Below, piece after piece: positions 30,101 to 37,557 of a DNA stretch of 64,000 bases; the first letter of the stretch is position 1; each line of letters begins with the position of its first letter. Position numbers and translations under genes: made by a program. The DNA comes from an uncultured virus (IMG/VR IMGVR_UViG_3300046810_000373) (Duplodnaviria; Heunggongvirae; Uroviricota; Caudoviricetes; Schitoviridae). Location of the stretch: IMG/VR virus record IMGVR_UViG_3300046810_000373; one strand, 5' to 3'. The notes under the pieces were generated by a model. The model saw only the letters and a program-made list of their open reading frames with translations, made no database searches and had not been told where the DNA came from.

Positions 30101-33100
30101 TGAAGTGCGTGAAGCTGGAGAGATCTCTCCCTGCTTCCTGCGCCACCTGGAGCTGGGCCACAGACAGAAGCGAGTGCATGCCATGCATCGAGATGCTCCC
30201 GCCGGCAGCCCTGCGGATCTGCTCGACGAGCTCTTTCGGAAGGCTCTTGATCGAGCCCTCATCACGGGCCCGGACCCAATGGGCCAATTCCCGAATGACA
30301 TCCGAATATTGACCCTGAACGAGGCCTTCGGCCTTCTCGCGTGCGGCGGAGCGGGTATCCTTCTCGGTCTTAACACCGAGACCCTGAGCAACGGTGAGCC
30401 AGAAGAAATCCTGGTGGGCCGGATTGTTCAGATTAAGGACTGACCTGGTAGGCATGAAGATCTCGCGAGCGAGCTTGTCGCTCTGCGGATTGGCGGCACC
30501 CATCATCTGGAGCCGACCAACACGAGTGATCTCATGCGGGTAGAATGTCGGCACATCCTCGACAGCCGAACCAGTCAGTTCGGCGTGAGCCTCGACTTCC
30601 CGCATCTGGGCAACGACGTTCTGGAAAGCCATCCGCAGTCCGCGGATCTGTCCGTCGACCGATCGGGCATGGTTGACGTTCAAGTCATCGGCGTTCTCAC
30701 GGCTGCTCATGAGTAGGACGAAGGCGTCCTCGCCCAGGCTCTCGACCATGTCGAAGACCAGGCGATTGGGGAGATAGCGAACCTTCTGCTCGCGCTCCAA
30801 AGCCTGCCGCTGCTGACGAGTCGTCTTGACCGCGCTATTGCGGAGCTGCGTCGTTGCAACCTGGCGCACCGGCGCTCCGACCGAGGCACCCTCGGGCACC
30901 GGGTTGATCAAGGCGAGCTTGGACAGAAGAGCCCTGGCTCCTCCGATATTCTTGAAAATCTCGTTCGTGCTGTCCGACCGCATATCGAAGTAAATGCGGC
31001 CATAAGTTTTGCCGGTCATCTCCTGGAAACGGCTGCTGTTCTCATGAGCCAGCAAGCCGACATCCTTGAAGGAGGCGATCACTTCGATCGCAACCGCTTC
31101 TGCTAGGCCGGTGGCATAGACCATGTCGACGTTCTGGTTGGTCTGAAGACCCCAGAACTGGACGATCTTCTTGGCGAGCTGCTGCTTGGCATGATCGACC
31201 GAGACACCGCGATTGAAGAACTCGACCATCTCCCCGGTGACACCCGGCAAGCCCAAGGATGCCGAGAGATCCTCACGATCGATCGTGCTCTGCATGGCCG
31301 GCGCATTGAGAAGCCAATCCAGGCCCGCCAGAAGCGCGCTCTCTCGGAGCTGGGAATTGTAAGCGAAGCCATCGCCCTTGGGCTCAACGATGTTGAGCAC
31401 CTTACCGCGGACAAACCGCAGAACAGGCTGATCGCCTTTCTTCAGGAGCTCAAGCAGATCCGGAACGCCAGCCAGGCGCTCATCCATCTTGTCATAAGCC
31501 TTGTCGACCAGCTTGAGCAGATCCTCGAAAGCCTGGAGCTGGGTCTGATCCGGAGCCACCTTGGCCCGAGACACGATCTCCGAGACATTGCTCATGCGTT
31601 CAAACATCGCCCGCAAGGGAGATGCGTCCTCGAACATCCGCGAGGTCTGATCCTTGGTGAAACGAAACGCCTTGTGAAACCAGTTCTCACCCTGCGAGCG
31701 GACCAGGTTGGGAAATGCATCTTCCGTTTTCTGGGTCGTATCGGCATTGGCATTTCGCCCCGATCCCGTATCGACCCCGGTGGTGACCGCTTCTGGACGA
31801 GCTGTTTCGCGAGCAGCGGGTCCTGGACCCTCACCCGAGTTCACAGGCACAGCGTTTTGTGCTTGATTGTCTCTCCCGCCCGCCTGGGCCGCATCTCGCA
31901 CGGTTTCCGGAGCGATCGGCTTAGGCGCAGGCTCGGGAAGCGAGAGGGGAAGTTCAATCTGACTCGGGTTCGGGTCGATCTCAGACGTGGTAGCCTGGGA
32001 TTGCGCCGGAGCCTTTGAGGCCAGCTCAGAACTTCCCCTCCCTGTTTTCGCCTGAGCGACTGCGGGCTTTTCAACCAGCTTCGGCGAGACGGTGGTATCA
32101 GGATTATTCGAAGAATTATCTTTGATAATATCCGAGGCAGAAACTAGATTAGGAACGCTGATTTCCTTGATACCATATTCAGGATATTCTTTCGCGAACG
32201 AGTTGGCAAGCAAAGCAGCAGCGCTGGCATCCGCATGGATCTGCCTGGCCAACTGCTCGGACTTGGCGGCGCCGGGGTTGTAGAACACCCGCTGCGTTCC
32301 ATCCTTTGGAAGCCACTTGTTGTTGGGCCCCAGCGCCTGATAGGCGACATCCTTGCGATCGCCGTTCTGGATCGCCTGGTTCATCGCATCGAGCTTGTTG
32401 CGCATCGAGCGCGCAAACATGGCCAGATGCTGGATCCGGCGCTTGGCGGCTTCGGTCTGGTTCGTCCGCAAGGCGAAGTTGATATCCAGCACATGCTGAG
32501 CCAGGGACTTCTGGTGAGCGGCCTTGCCACCGGCAACGTCGATCTGCCGATTGACGATCGCGATCCGGTCTTCCGATGAAGGCTCTTTGGCCCCGTCATT
32601 GGTGCCGTCATTGGCTCCCATGATGGCAGCGTGAAGCTCCGCGGCCTGAGCCAAAGACAAAGCTGCATGGATGTCCTGGCGCTGCTCGGGAGCCAGGAAC
32701 GGCTTCTCGCGATCCTGTCTCAAGATCACGTCGGCCGAGGACACATCGATCTTCTCGGGAACCAACTGAGCAATATCAGCGGTCGTTTGAACGACACGCT
32801 GACCTTCAGGCGAGCTCAGATCTTGCCCGGCCTCGACCTTCGGAGCAGCAAGCTCCTGGTCCACCCATTTCAGGGTCTCGGCCATCTGCGGCATTGCCGC
32901 CATTTTCTCCAGAACTGAAGCATACCTGTCGAACGAGACCACCTCCGGCCTGGCATGATCGAGCTGACCCAGCAGATCCTTGCCATTCCGAATGAAATCC
33001 TGATGCTCGGCCCGCTGGCTCAAGAGCCAGAGAGCAGCATCCGTCCGATCTTCCTGGCTCCGATTGCTGTCGACTGCGACGGCGCCGGCTGCCAGCATGA

Positions 33101-34865
33101 GATCAAATCGCGAAGCCGCTTGATCGGGAAATGCCTGGGACGCTGTTTCGCGTACAGCCGGGCTCACCTTGGCGAGCTCTTCCGGCGTCACATTGAAAAT
33201 CGTCTCGACCTGATTGGCTACAGCCTGAACCGCAGGCTTTTGCGCCTCCGGTATACCGGGATCATTGGCAGCCGAGCGCACAGCCTCAGCGACAACAGGG
33301 GCATCCTGCATGGCCTGAGTGACTTCGGGAGTCAACGTTTCGACCGACACCGGTGACGAGGATTCGTTCGCTGCCCGGATCTTGTCGGCACGATCGCCGA
33401 CGGCATTTGAAACACCGCCTAGGAGCGACTTGCCCGCAGCTCCGATACCTTTCGCAGCAGCACCAGGGGCAAGCATGACGCCGGCGGAGCCAGCTCCCAT
33501 GATCGCACCCTGGATGGCCTGATCACCAACCCCCTCGCCCAGGTTCTGGCTCGGATCGACATAGATTTTCTGGCCGACATTCCCGGAAAATTGACCCGTG
33601 CCGGACTGGATGCCTTCTTCCAGAAATTCCTTGGCGATGTTGCCGGCCGCATGGCCGGGGGACTTACCCAGAAGTGTCTGAAGCGGGGCTTTCTCGATAC
33701 CCTCGACGAGCTTGCCAGACAGCGCCGCAACCGGAAAGGTTATCGCCTTGGCGACATCACCAGCCCGAGATGCGACCTCGATCTTGGCCTCCCGCTCGGG
33801 AGTGCCGTTATCACGGAGAGCCTTGTAAGCCGTGCTGGTCTGCTTCAGGCTTTCATCGGAAAGCTGCATGACCTCGTTGACCGTGTCGGAATAGGCGCCA
33901 CCGGCTTCCATCGCGCCAACCGTGAGCGGGAAAGCTGCCTGCTCGAGAGCCTTCTCGGCGGCCGAGGCACCCACACCAGCCAGAGCGCCGGGCACATTGG
34001 ATATCGTCCGACCGGCAACAACTTGAGCACCTCTGGTCAGGCCCTTGGCGACAGGCCCACCAACGAAGAGTGAGCCACCTGCTTCAGCCACGCCTGTCTC
34101 AAGGATCATCGGATCCTCATAGAGCCTGTTGGTTCCGGAGATGACACCGCGGCCGATGCTGCGCAGTGAGGCGACGATTTCCCCTTCGCTTGCTTTATCG
34201 GCCTCGAACTGCTTCTGCCCATCCTGCTTGTCGAGCTGGCCTCGCAGACTGTCGACAAAGCGGCGCCGGTTCAGCGTCTGGGATTGCTGGGCCTCAGTGG
34301 CATCCTTCACCGAGCGCATGAATTCCGAGGTGGCGACGGCCGCTTTGTCATTGACCATCGAGAGGCCAAAGGCCGCAATACCGCCAAGGCCCTGAGCTGC
34401 GCCCGAGCCAACGTTGATCACATTGTCCTTGGCCCACTCGCCGGCCGTCCGGCTGCCGCTTCCGAGCTCCTTCAGATGAGCCTGGCCCATGTCGATCGCC
34501 GACATCTTCTGATAGGTGTCGTCGCCGTACTTTTGGATGAACTCGGGCGCCGACAGGGATTTTCGATCCTGGATGATCTGATTGTCCCGTGTCAGCGTGT
34601 TGTCCCGTTCCCTGGACAGATTGAACATCGCCATGGCCGTCGGGTTCGACAAAGCAGCATCGAGCTGCTTCATGTCCTGGGCCAGTTTATCAGCCGGATT
34701 CGGGACAGGAGCCACTGGCGCTGGAGCGGGAGCAGCAACCTTCAGGGGTGCAACTTCAATCCCAGGAAAGGGATTTTCGATTTTATGGGGACCCCCGATT
34801 GCGTCAGTCGGGATGATCGAGTTGGAAAACGAGGACAACTTCTCCAGAAAATCTGACATTATCAT
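24168..34865 (-). CDS. Virion-encapsidated RNA polymerase (N4 gp50-like vRNAP)
   Basis: 3565 aa; T7-like motifs TRVGRLQM, EADGKTNG (A), RGVAKNPLTISIYG (B), KVFDG (C); no Cys found on reading; HEMIH in the C-terminal part. Confidence 0.97.
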   Translation of the reverse strand: MIMSDFLEKLSSFSNSIIPTDAIGGPHKIENPFPGIEVAPLKVAAPAPAPVAPVPNPADKLAQDMKQLDAALSNPTAMAMFNLSRERDNTLTRDNQIIQDRKSLSAPEFIQKYGDDTYQKMSAIDMGQAHLKELGSGSRTAGEWAKDNVINVGSGAAQGLGGIAAFGLSMVNDKAAVATSEFMRSVKDATEAQQSQTLNRRRFVDSLRGQLDKQDGQKQFEADKASEGEIVASLRSIGRGVISGTNRLYEDPMILETGVAEAGGSLFVGGPVAKGLTRGAQVVAGRTISNVPGALAGVGASAAEKALEQAAFPLTVGAMEAGGAYSDTVNEVMQLSDESLKQTSTAYKALRDNGTPEREAKIEVASRAGDVAKAITFPVAALSGKLVEGIEKAPLQTLLGKSPGHAAGNIAKEFLEEGIQSGTGQFSGNVGQKIYVDPSQNLGEGVGDQAIQGAIMGAGSAGVMLAPGAAAKGIGAAGKSLLGGVSNAVGDRADKIRAANESSSPVSVETLTPEVTQAMQDAPVVAEAVRSAANDPGIPEAQKPAVQAVANQVETIFNVTPEELAKVSPAVRETASQAFPDQAASRFDLMLAAGAVAVDSNRSQEDRTDAALWLLSQRAEHQDFIRNGKDLLGQLDHARPEVVSFDRYASVLEKMAAMPQMAETLKWVDQELAAPKVEAGQDLSSPEGQRVVQTTADIAQLVPEKIDVSSADVILRQDREKPFLAPEQRQDIHAALSLAQAAELHAAIMGANDGTNDGAKEPSSEDRIAIVNRQIDVAGGKAAHQKSLAQHVLDINFALRTNQTEAAKRRIQHLAMFARSMRNKLDAMNQAIQNGDRKDVAYQALGPNNKWLPKDGTQRVFYNPGAAKSEQLARQIHADASAAALLANSFAKEYPEYGIKEISVPNLVSASDIIKDNSSNNPDTTVSPKLVEKPAVAQAKTGRGSSELASKAPAQSQATTSEIDPNPSQIELPLSLPEPAPKPIAPETVRDAAQAGGRDNQAQNAVPVNSGEGPGPAARETARPEAVTTGVDTGSGRNANADTTQKTEDAFPNLVRSQGENWFHKAFRFTKDQTSRMFEDASPLRAMFERMSNVSEIVSRAKVAPDQTQLQAFEDLLKLVDKAYDKMDERLAGVPDLLELLKKGDQPVLRFVRGKVLNIVEPKGDGFAYNSQLRESALLAGLDWLLNAPAMQSTIDREDLSASLGLPGVTGEMVEFFNRGVSVDHAKQQLAKKIVQFWGLQTNQNVDMVYATGLAEAVAIEVIASFKDVGLLAHENSSRFQEMTGKTYGRIYFDMRSDSTNEIFKNIGGARALLSKLALINPVPEGASVGAPVRQVATTQLRNSAVKTTRQQRQALEREQKVRYLPNRLVFDMVESLGEDAFVLLMSSRENADDLNVNHARSVDGQIRGLRMAFQNVVAQMREVEAHAELTGSAVEDVPTFYPHEITRVGRLQMMGAANPQSDKLAREIFMPTRSVLNLNNPAHQDFFWLTVAQGLGVKTEKDTRSAAREKAEGLVQGQYSDVIRELAHWVRARDEGSIKSLPKELVEQIRRAAGGSISMHGMHSLLSVAQLQVAQEAGRDLSSFTHFNYLEADGKTNGPINALMLLARGEFSPAWIKAVAKGGVFFGSQNQGRTLNTMAKEPDLYGEGANTHKARMAELRESLKNNTPVLEQMNSLLRLLGSLNADVSFDQDAGTVTIGRGVAKNPLTISIYGSGVDGIAGKVAGELVELIYAKMSDFIGAKKADANATFEQSTYDQFWNDLQALTDQRAAFDKEEQAYVLKPGFQAKREASQKEIEQVRTPGGFTLFPHQFDTLKGNVRSLFVDPLAQAINQTVMGHVGETTDAIQQATQIQSIVMRALYRRTIIEKLAEKQSDPNFREGDFLSERELQDIVKDLLPMGPAFSTGTQSYFLGGSEQTDVLGNRDQSGKQKPILLKRGDRELKIRIPEYFSRGLENDFSSAPLIYGPTLAGVKSVPSLVIGSGDGQMMLNAATNEKINRTLKVFDGMNMPADKIEEYSREINGSVHQTWLNNPVNAVAKSFRDFLNNSPFDLVLDPNDEINAQTQLMQDVALEMAKVLTGNPNPKEPATRDEIELAIANLGAKLEEISGEIDARQAVFKTLPMTVDQMASGESPYVLEGSIGLEAQSDDAVLSVMNREYQNQLIGQIEGQARTQTPDEAPAQIDAQVRVIEAKALTADLGSLGSLNESQQEVMTSALETLKASGYQAVIGTRAQVDTWLQQNNADRYQPGMLDTANGFVDPVSKILVAVTDGSSDFGETALHEMIHAATFQKVLAYYTDPKSISDVEQIAVENIEALMNQWLLEDYSGESELTQTAQSLAVNAIRGHLNNNNRAAAVNEFMAWVLSNQQLSAVAEKTWITQSIFQIVGDTLKAIKDLIWGKGKSKLSVPKAGDNVLEQLRFNTRILMDMPSAAQLLAQDSGAVALYQSAAFGTSDRLSDLRQRFHDKITAWVAADPTLAFTRTSQIKHKAYIDAAQVAKGFLNQGFLPTMQEVSTFNEIVAALSVDVELNPVSLSRIQDLYEHVIDKIAVEDFMTGLGDPNADRYQAQNKFDALHGLFGASTDAMGRSSLMPAFLGLAMVDDSFRKILSGVALPKSEKSADPRTFDQKLEDLGLAGMDRLSLAMSGEGKSNASVQEALDRLTQALLENTGDTRSFIEQSGENGIAGVENYLSNQIQNLSDKIGDKADNIIKNNGSAIVRGGARLVRAVATLVNQERSDEAAMGITHWLNQLGGAHAMRELVNDIVGRTRENASVFDMITKVRSAVQQNRQQFREHLPQTIAKQFTRKLSGNEWTALYRGLGKTDLASLHSTYGVDGSLSFLTDAKKLGAEIKLLEGQILASEPRRFAVLQQKAAQLANYMLTGEHGSSLLRNAYAVARLMGQRGYESSTVENGLVDQIDRLVTLYAVQGLEQGTKDAISALMTDQQQGMGFSLSYLRGLRNTEIANGQSSIAQANGYKGHIPTEGQQGVSLIVASDSEHARLLALGYTNLGPYVGSSADRNLGRRSYFFAPVSGRAAYNQGVMQNVHQTVNGVDPNTGYTVGELTAGRITDPQIVALVNRQLANQRQTSENLLPVFGANGNVVAYERSIDPAQLTRINRDTNLSRSLGVWAGRQVEEALAGEFNKGLVDNLHQLWIEGRKAGRRDEFVNLANLRKTDDPVLHEAWRLIPQHTREMIQDRFGNDGFQVRRDMLNDAVGYRSASVGDLFTGNSRWKPGVQKTFQDIAFSMFGNKAYSRLISGEKAIQDLVSNAKVLIVVKSVIVPAANMMANIFQLLNRGVPIRHIVKGLGSKTIELNDFIKRRHAEIDLEAELQAAKGVNDLAQIRKLESRIRTIKDSYKRLSIWPLIEAGEFSAISNGVVTAEDLALADGKWGEWAERFSTRVPEQFRTAWRYGFVTRDTALFQGLGKAVQYGDFLGKAIMYDDLVQRKKVSQEDAIAQVNEAFVNYNRLSGRSRQYLESVGLLWFYNFKLRSIKEGAYMLRHHPLKSLLLMAMPPAVPGLGDIGSPTTDNFLALLADGKLGYSVGPSMGLHSFSLNPWVNLVK

Positions 34866-34884
34866 CCTCGGATTATCAACAGAA

Positions 34885-34912
34885 AGGGGAGGCCCTTTTC
34901 AAGGCCTCCCCT
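34885..34912 (-). terminator. Hairpin between gp51-like gene and vRNAP
   Basis: AGGGGAGGCC...GGCCTCCCCT stem, short T tract on the - strand. Confidence 0.55.
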
Positions 34913-34943
34913 CATATAATCCAATAAGGATTATCTTGGCTAG

Positions 34944-37073
34944 TTATCTTCCGGTATTCGACTGGGTAAACACAGTCAGGTTCGGATTTTTCGCCAGCCT
35001 GGCAGCGGTAGCTGTGAGGGCCTTTTGAACCTTCTCATATTTGGCTCGGGCTGCCTCGACATCGACTCTTGTATTGCCGCGGTCACGGGCGCCCTGAGCT
35101 GCAAGCCATTCCTGCTTGGCATTGTCGAGTAGAGCCTGGCCGTCGGTAACCTGCTTCTCGATCGCCGCCTTCTGGCGCACTGCGTTGAGTGCATCGCTTC
35201 TCGGCTTGCCCTTGCCAGATCCGTCCTTCTCGATGAAGCGGCTGACGTACTGGTCGACTTTGTCACGATCGATGCTGCGACCATCGGAACGGATCCAGCC
35301 ATCCTCGAATTTGACCGCGCTCTTGAGCAGAACACCCGCCATGTCAGCATCGACGCCGAACTTGCTCATGACCCGGTTGAGCTCGTCATTGATGATCCCC
35401 GGGGTCAGGCGGCCACGGGTGAACATACCCGGCTCCGAGCTGTCGCCGCCGATATCCTTGTGGATCCTGGCAGCCACCTCGGAGACCGTGCTCGCCTTCT
35501 CAGGGCGATTGTTGAACGCCTCGATGATCGGCGCTGCCGGCTCGAAAGCCCGGTCGATACGGTTCATGTCGCCGGCCGCCTGAAGTGTCGATCGCACATT
35601 GCGATCCTCGGTCAGGAGAGCATCGACCGAATTGGTCGAGATACCCGGAGTGAAATTCCCGGCAGAAGCAGCAGTAGCGAGAGCTGCTCCGCTCGAACCA
35701 GAAAGGTTTGGGGGCGCAATCGGCGTATTGACCCGCCCCAGAACCTGGGTGACACGATCCGAGGCATTGCCGGGGGTAGCCTGCCGGCGCTCACCTTCAG
35801 GCGTGAGCTCGACATGGACATGTGGTCCCGTGGCATGAGCCGATGGATTGCGAACCTCGTCGATGATCTTGTAGTCCCTGCCCTCGACCATGCCCTGAGA
35901 GGCGAAGATCTGACGCTGCTTTTCGATCGCCGTATCGGCATCGGCCGCAGTGCGAGCACGCAAATCGAAAGCCCGGTTCTGAGCATGAGCCGAGTTCGGG
36001 TTCGCCAGGGTCAGCGGATCGTTGGGCCCGCGGAAAGACGACGTCACCTCGAGGCCCTGGGCCTTCGCTGCCGAAGTGAAGAAATCCAGGGGCGGACGAG
36101 ACTGGGACTGTGTTTGCGCCTGGGACGGCGCAGCCGAAGGACCCGTCTGGGATCGAGCACGGTTCACCCCTTCGGCAAGCACTTCAGCTTCGGATGCCGC
36201 CGGCGCCCACAATGTCGGACTGGCCTGGATCCGATCAGCCACACCCTTCTTGATGTCGGGGTGGATGTTCGGGTTGTCCTGGATTGCGCGAAGCGCTGCC
36301 GTCGGCGTTGCATAGGCCTGCAAAACTGTCGTCATCTGGGCTTCGATGCCATTCTTGATGGCGAGTGCCTTCTCCTTCTCACCGAGCGTGGCGATGCTGT
36401 CTCGCAAACCCACACCGGCGGTGGCATCGGCAGTGCTCGACGTGATGAATGCCCCGACATCCTTGATGCCCGCAGCGCTGGCTTTGGCCAAAACGTCAGG
36501 CGACGACATGCGCGCTCGCGCCTCGGCCATCAGCAGAGGATCCCCCGAGGCCATGGCCTGGCGGATCTGCCCTGCCTCGAGATCCCATGCCGGCTTGGCG
36601 GCATACTCGTTCTGGGCGTTCTTGTTCTTCCAGATGTCCTGCGTCAGGTTCGTACCGGCCTGGGCATTCTGGATGATCTGGCTCTGGTTGCCGAGACGCA
36701 GACCTTCAACCCGAAGCGGCGTTGCCTGCTTGGTGTAATCCGTGACGGCATTGGTCTGGGCAATGGCCGCTCCGGTCTGAGCCAGAGTGGCAAGATCCTG
36801 TGGGCGGCCGCCGGCGAACTTCAGCGCGTCCGGGGACAGATAAGACGGGTTGAACTGTCCGATGATGCTCGCAAGCTGTGCGGGATCCTTGACCCCCATG
36901 GCAGCCGCCATCAAGCGAGCTGACTCGCTTTGGGTCTGATCCTTCTCAAAACCATCGATTGCCTGGCGTGAAGCCTGGAAGCCCCTGTTCAGAGCATCTC
37001 CGGCACCAGACAACGCAGCCGACACCCCAGAGAAATTCGGGGCGTCGACGTTTTTCCAAGTCAACTGAGCCAT
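34944..37073 (-). CDS. Internal virion/ejection protein (gp51-like) with a peptidase M15-like domain
   Basis: MAQLTWKNVDAP N-terminus; VTSSFR..SAHAQNRAFD..HVHVE; synteny. Confidence 0.75.
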   Translation of the reverse strand: MAQLTWKNVDAPNFSGVSAALSGAGDALNRGFQASRQAIDGFEKDQTQSESARLMAAAMGVKDPAQLASIIGQFNPSYLSPDALKFAGGRPQDLATLAQTGAAIAQTNAVTDYTKQATPLRVEGLRLGNQSQIIQNAQAGTNLTQDIWKNKNAQNEYAAKPAWDLEAGQIRQAMASGDPLLMAEARARMSSPDVLAKASAAGIKDVGAFITSSTADATAGVGLRDSIATLGEKEKALAIKNGIEAQMTTVLQAYATPTAALRAIQDNPNIHPDIKKGVADRIQASPTLWAPAASEAEVLAEGVNRARSQTGPSAAPSQAQTQSQSRPPLDFFTSAAKAQGLEVTSSFRGPNDPLTLANPNSAHAQNRAFDLRARTAADADTAIEKQRQIFASQGMVEGRDYKIIDEVRNPSAHATGPHVHVELTPEGERRQATPGNASDRVTQVLGRVNTPIAPPNLSGSSGAALATAASAGNFTPGISTNSVDALLTEDRNVRSTLQAAGDMNRIDRAFEPAAPIIEAFNNRPEKASTVSEVAARIHKDIGGDSSEPGMFTRGRLTPGIINDELNRVMSKFGVDADMAGVLLKSAVKFEDGWIRSDGRSIDRDKVDQYVSRFIEKDGSGKGKPRSDALNAVRQKAAIEKQVTDGQALLDNAKQEWLAAQGARDRGNTRVDVEAARAKYEKVQKALTATAARLAKNPNLTVFTQSNTGR

Positions 37074-37098
37074 GGAACTCTCCTAATATTTCTGGGAA

Positions 37099-37548
37099 TT
37101 AGCGGCTCAGCCGGTTGTTATCGATATAGGCTTGCGCCTGGCCCGGGCTCTGACCTTCGGTCGCCGCACGGGCTCGGCTACGATCTTCAAGCTGGGTGTT
37201 GTAGGCCTTGATCTGGTTGTTCAGATTGGTGTTCGTCACACCTTTCTGGAACTGGAACTGCTCATTGGCGAGCTTACGCTGTTCCCAGGAATTCCAAAGA
37301 TTGCCGATCGTCTGAAGACCCCCCAATGCCAAATTCGCCGTCGGCAGATTGAAGCCCAGACCGGTTTGGCCAAGCTGACCTAGGCCTCCCGATACTGCGC
37401 CCACTGGCGCAGCAGCTTGAGCTTGGCCGGCGATCGCCAAAGGCTGACTAGCTCCAACGGCCGAGACTGAAGGCATGGCGACACCGACACCATTGGTGCC
37501 GTACCCGTAATTGAACCCGTTAATGTCAAATGCGCCGGCCATTATCAT
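37099..37548 (-). CDS. Virion protein (N4 gp52-like)
   Basis: Gly/Ala-rich, NQIKAYNTQLEDR; synteny. Confidence 0.8.
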   Translation of the reverse strand: MIMAGAFDINGFNYGYGTNGVGVAMPSVSAVGASQPLAIAGQAQAAAPVGAVSGGLGQLGQTGLGFNLPTANLALGGLQTIGNLWNSWEQRKLANEQFQFQKGVTNTNLNNQIKAYNTQLEDRSRARAATEGQSPGQAQAYIDNNRLSR

Positions 37549-37557
37549 GATCCCTTA

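Noticed and set aside
35460..36923. 487-aa + strand ORF and similar long antisense ORFs over vRNAP, portal, primase and terminase
   Set aside because: Shadow frames of well-supported genes
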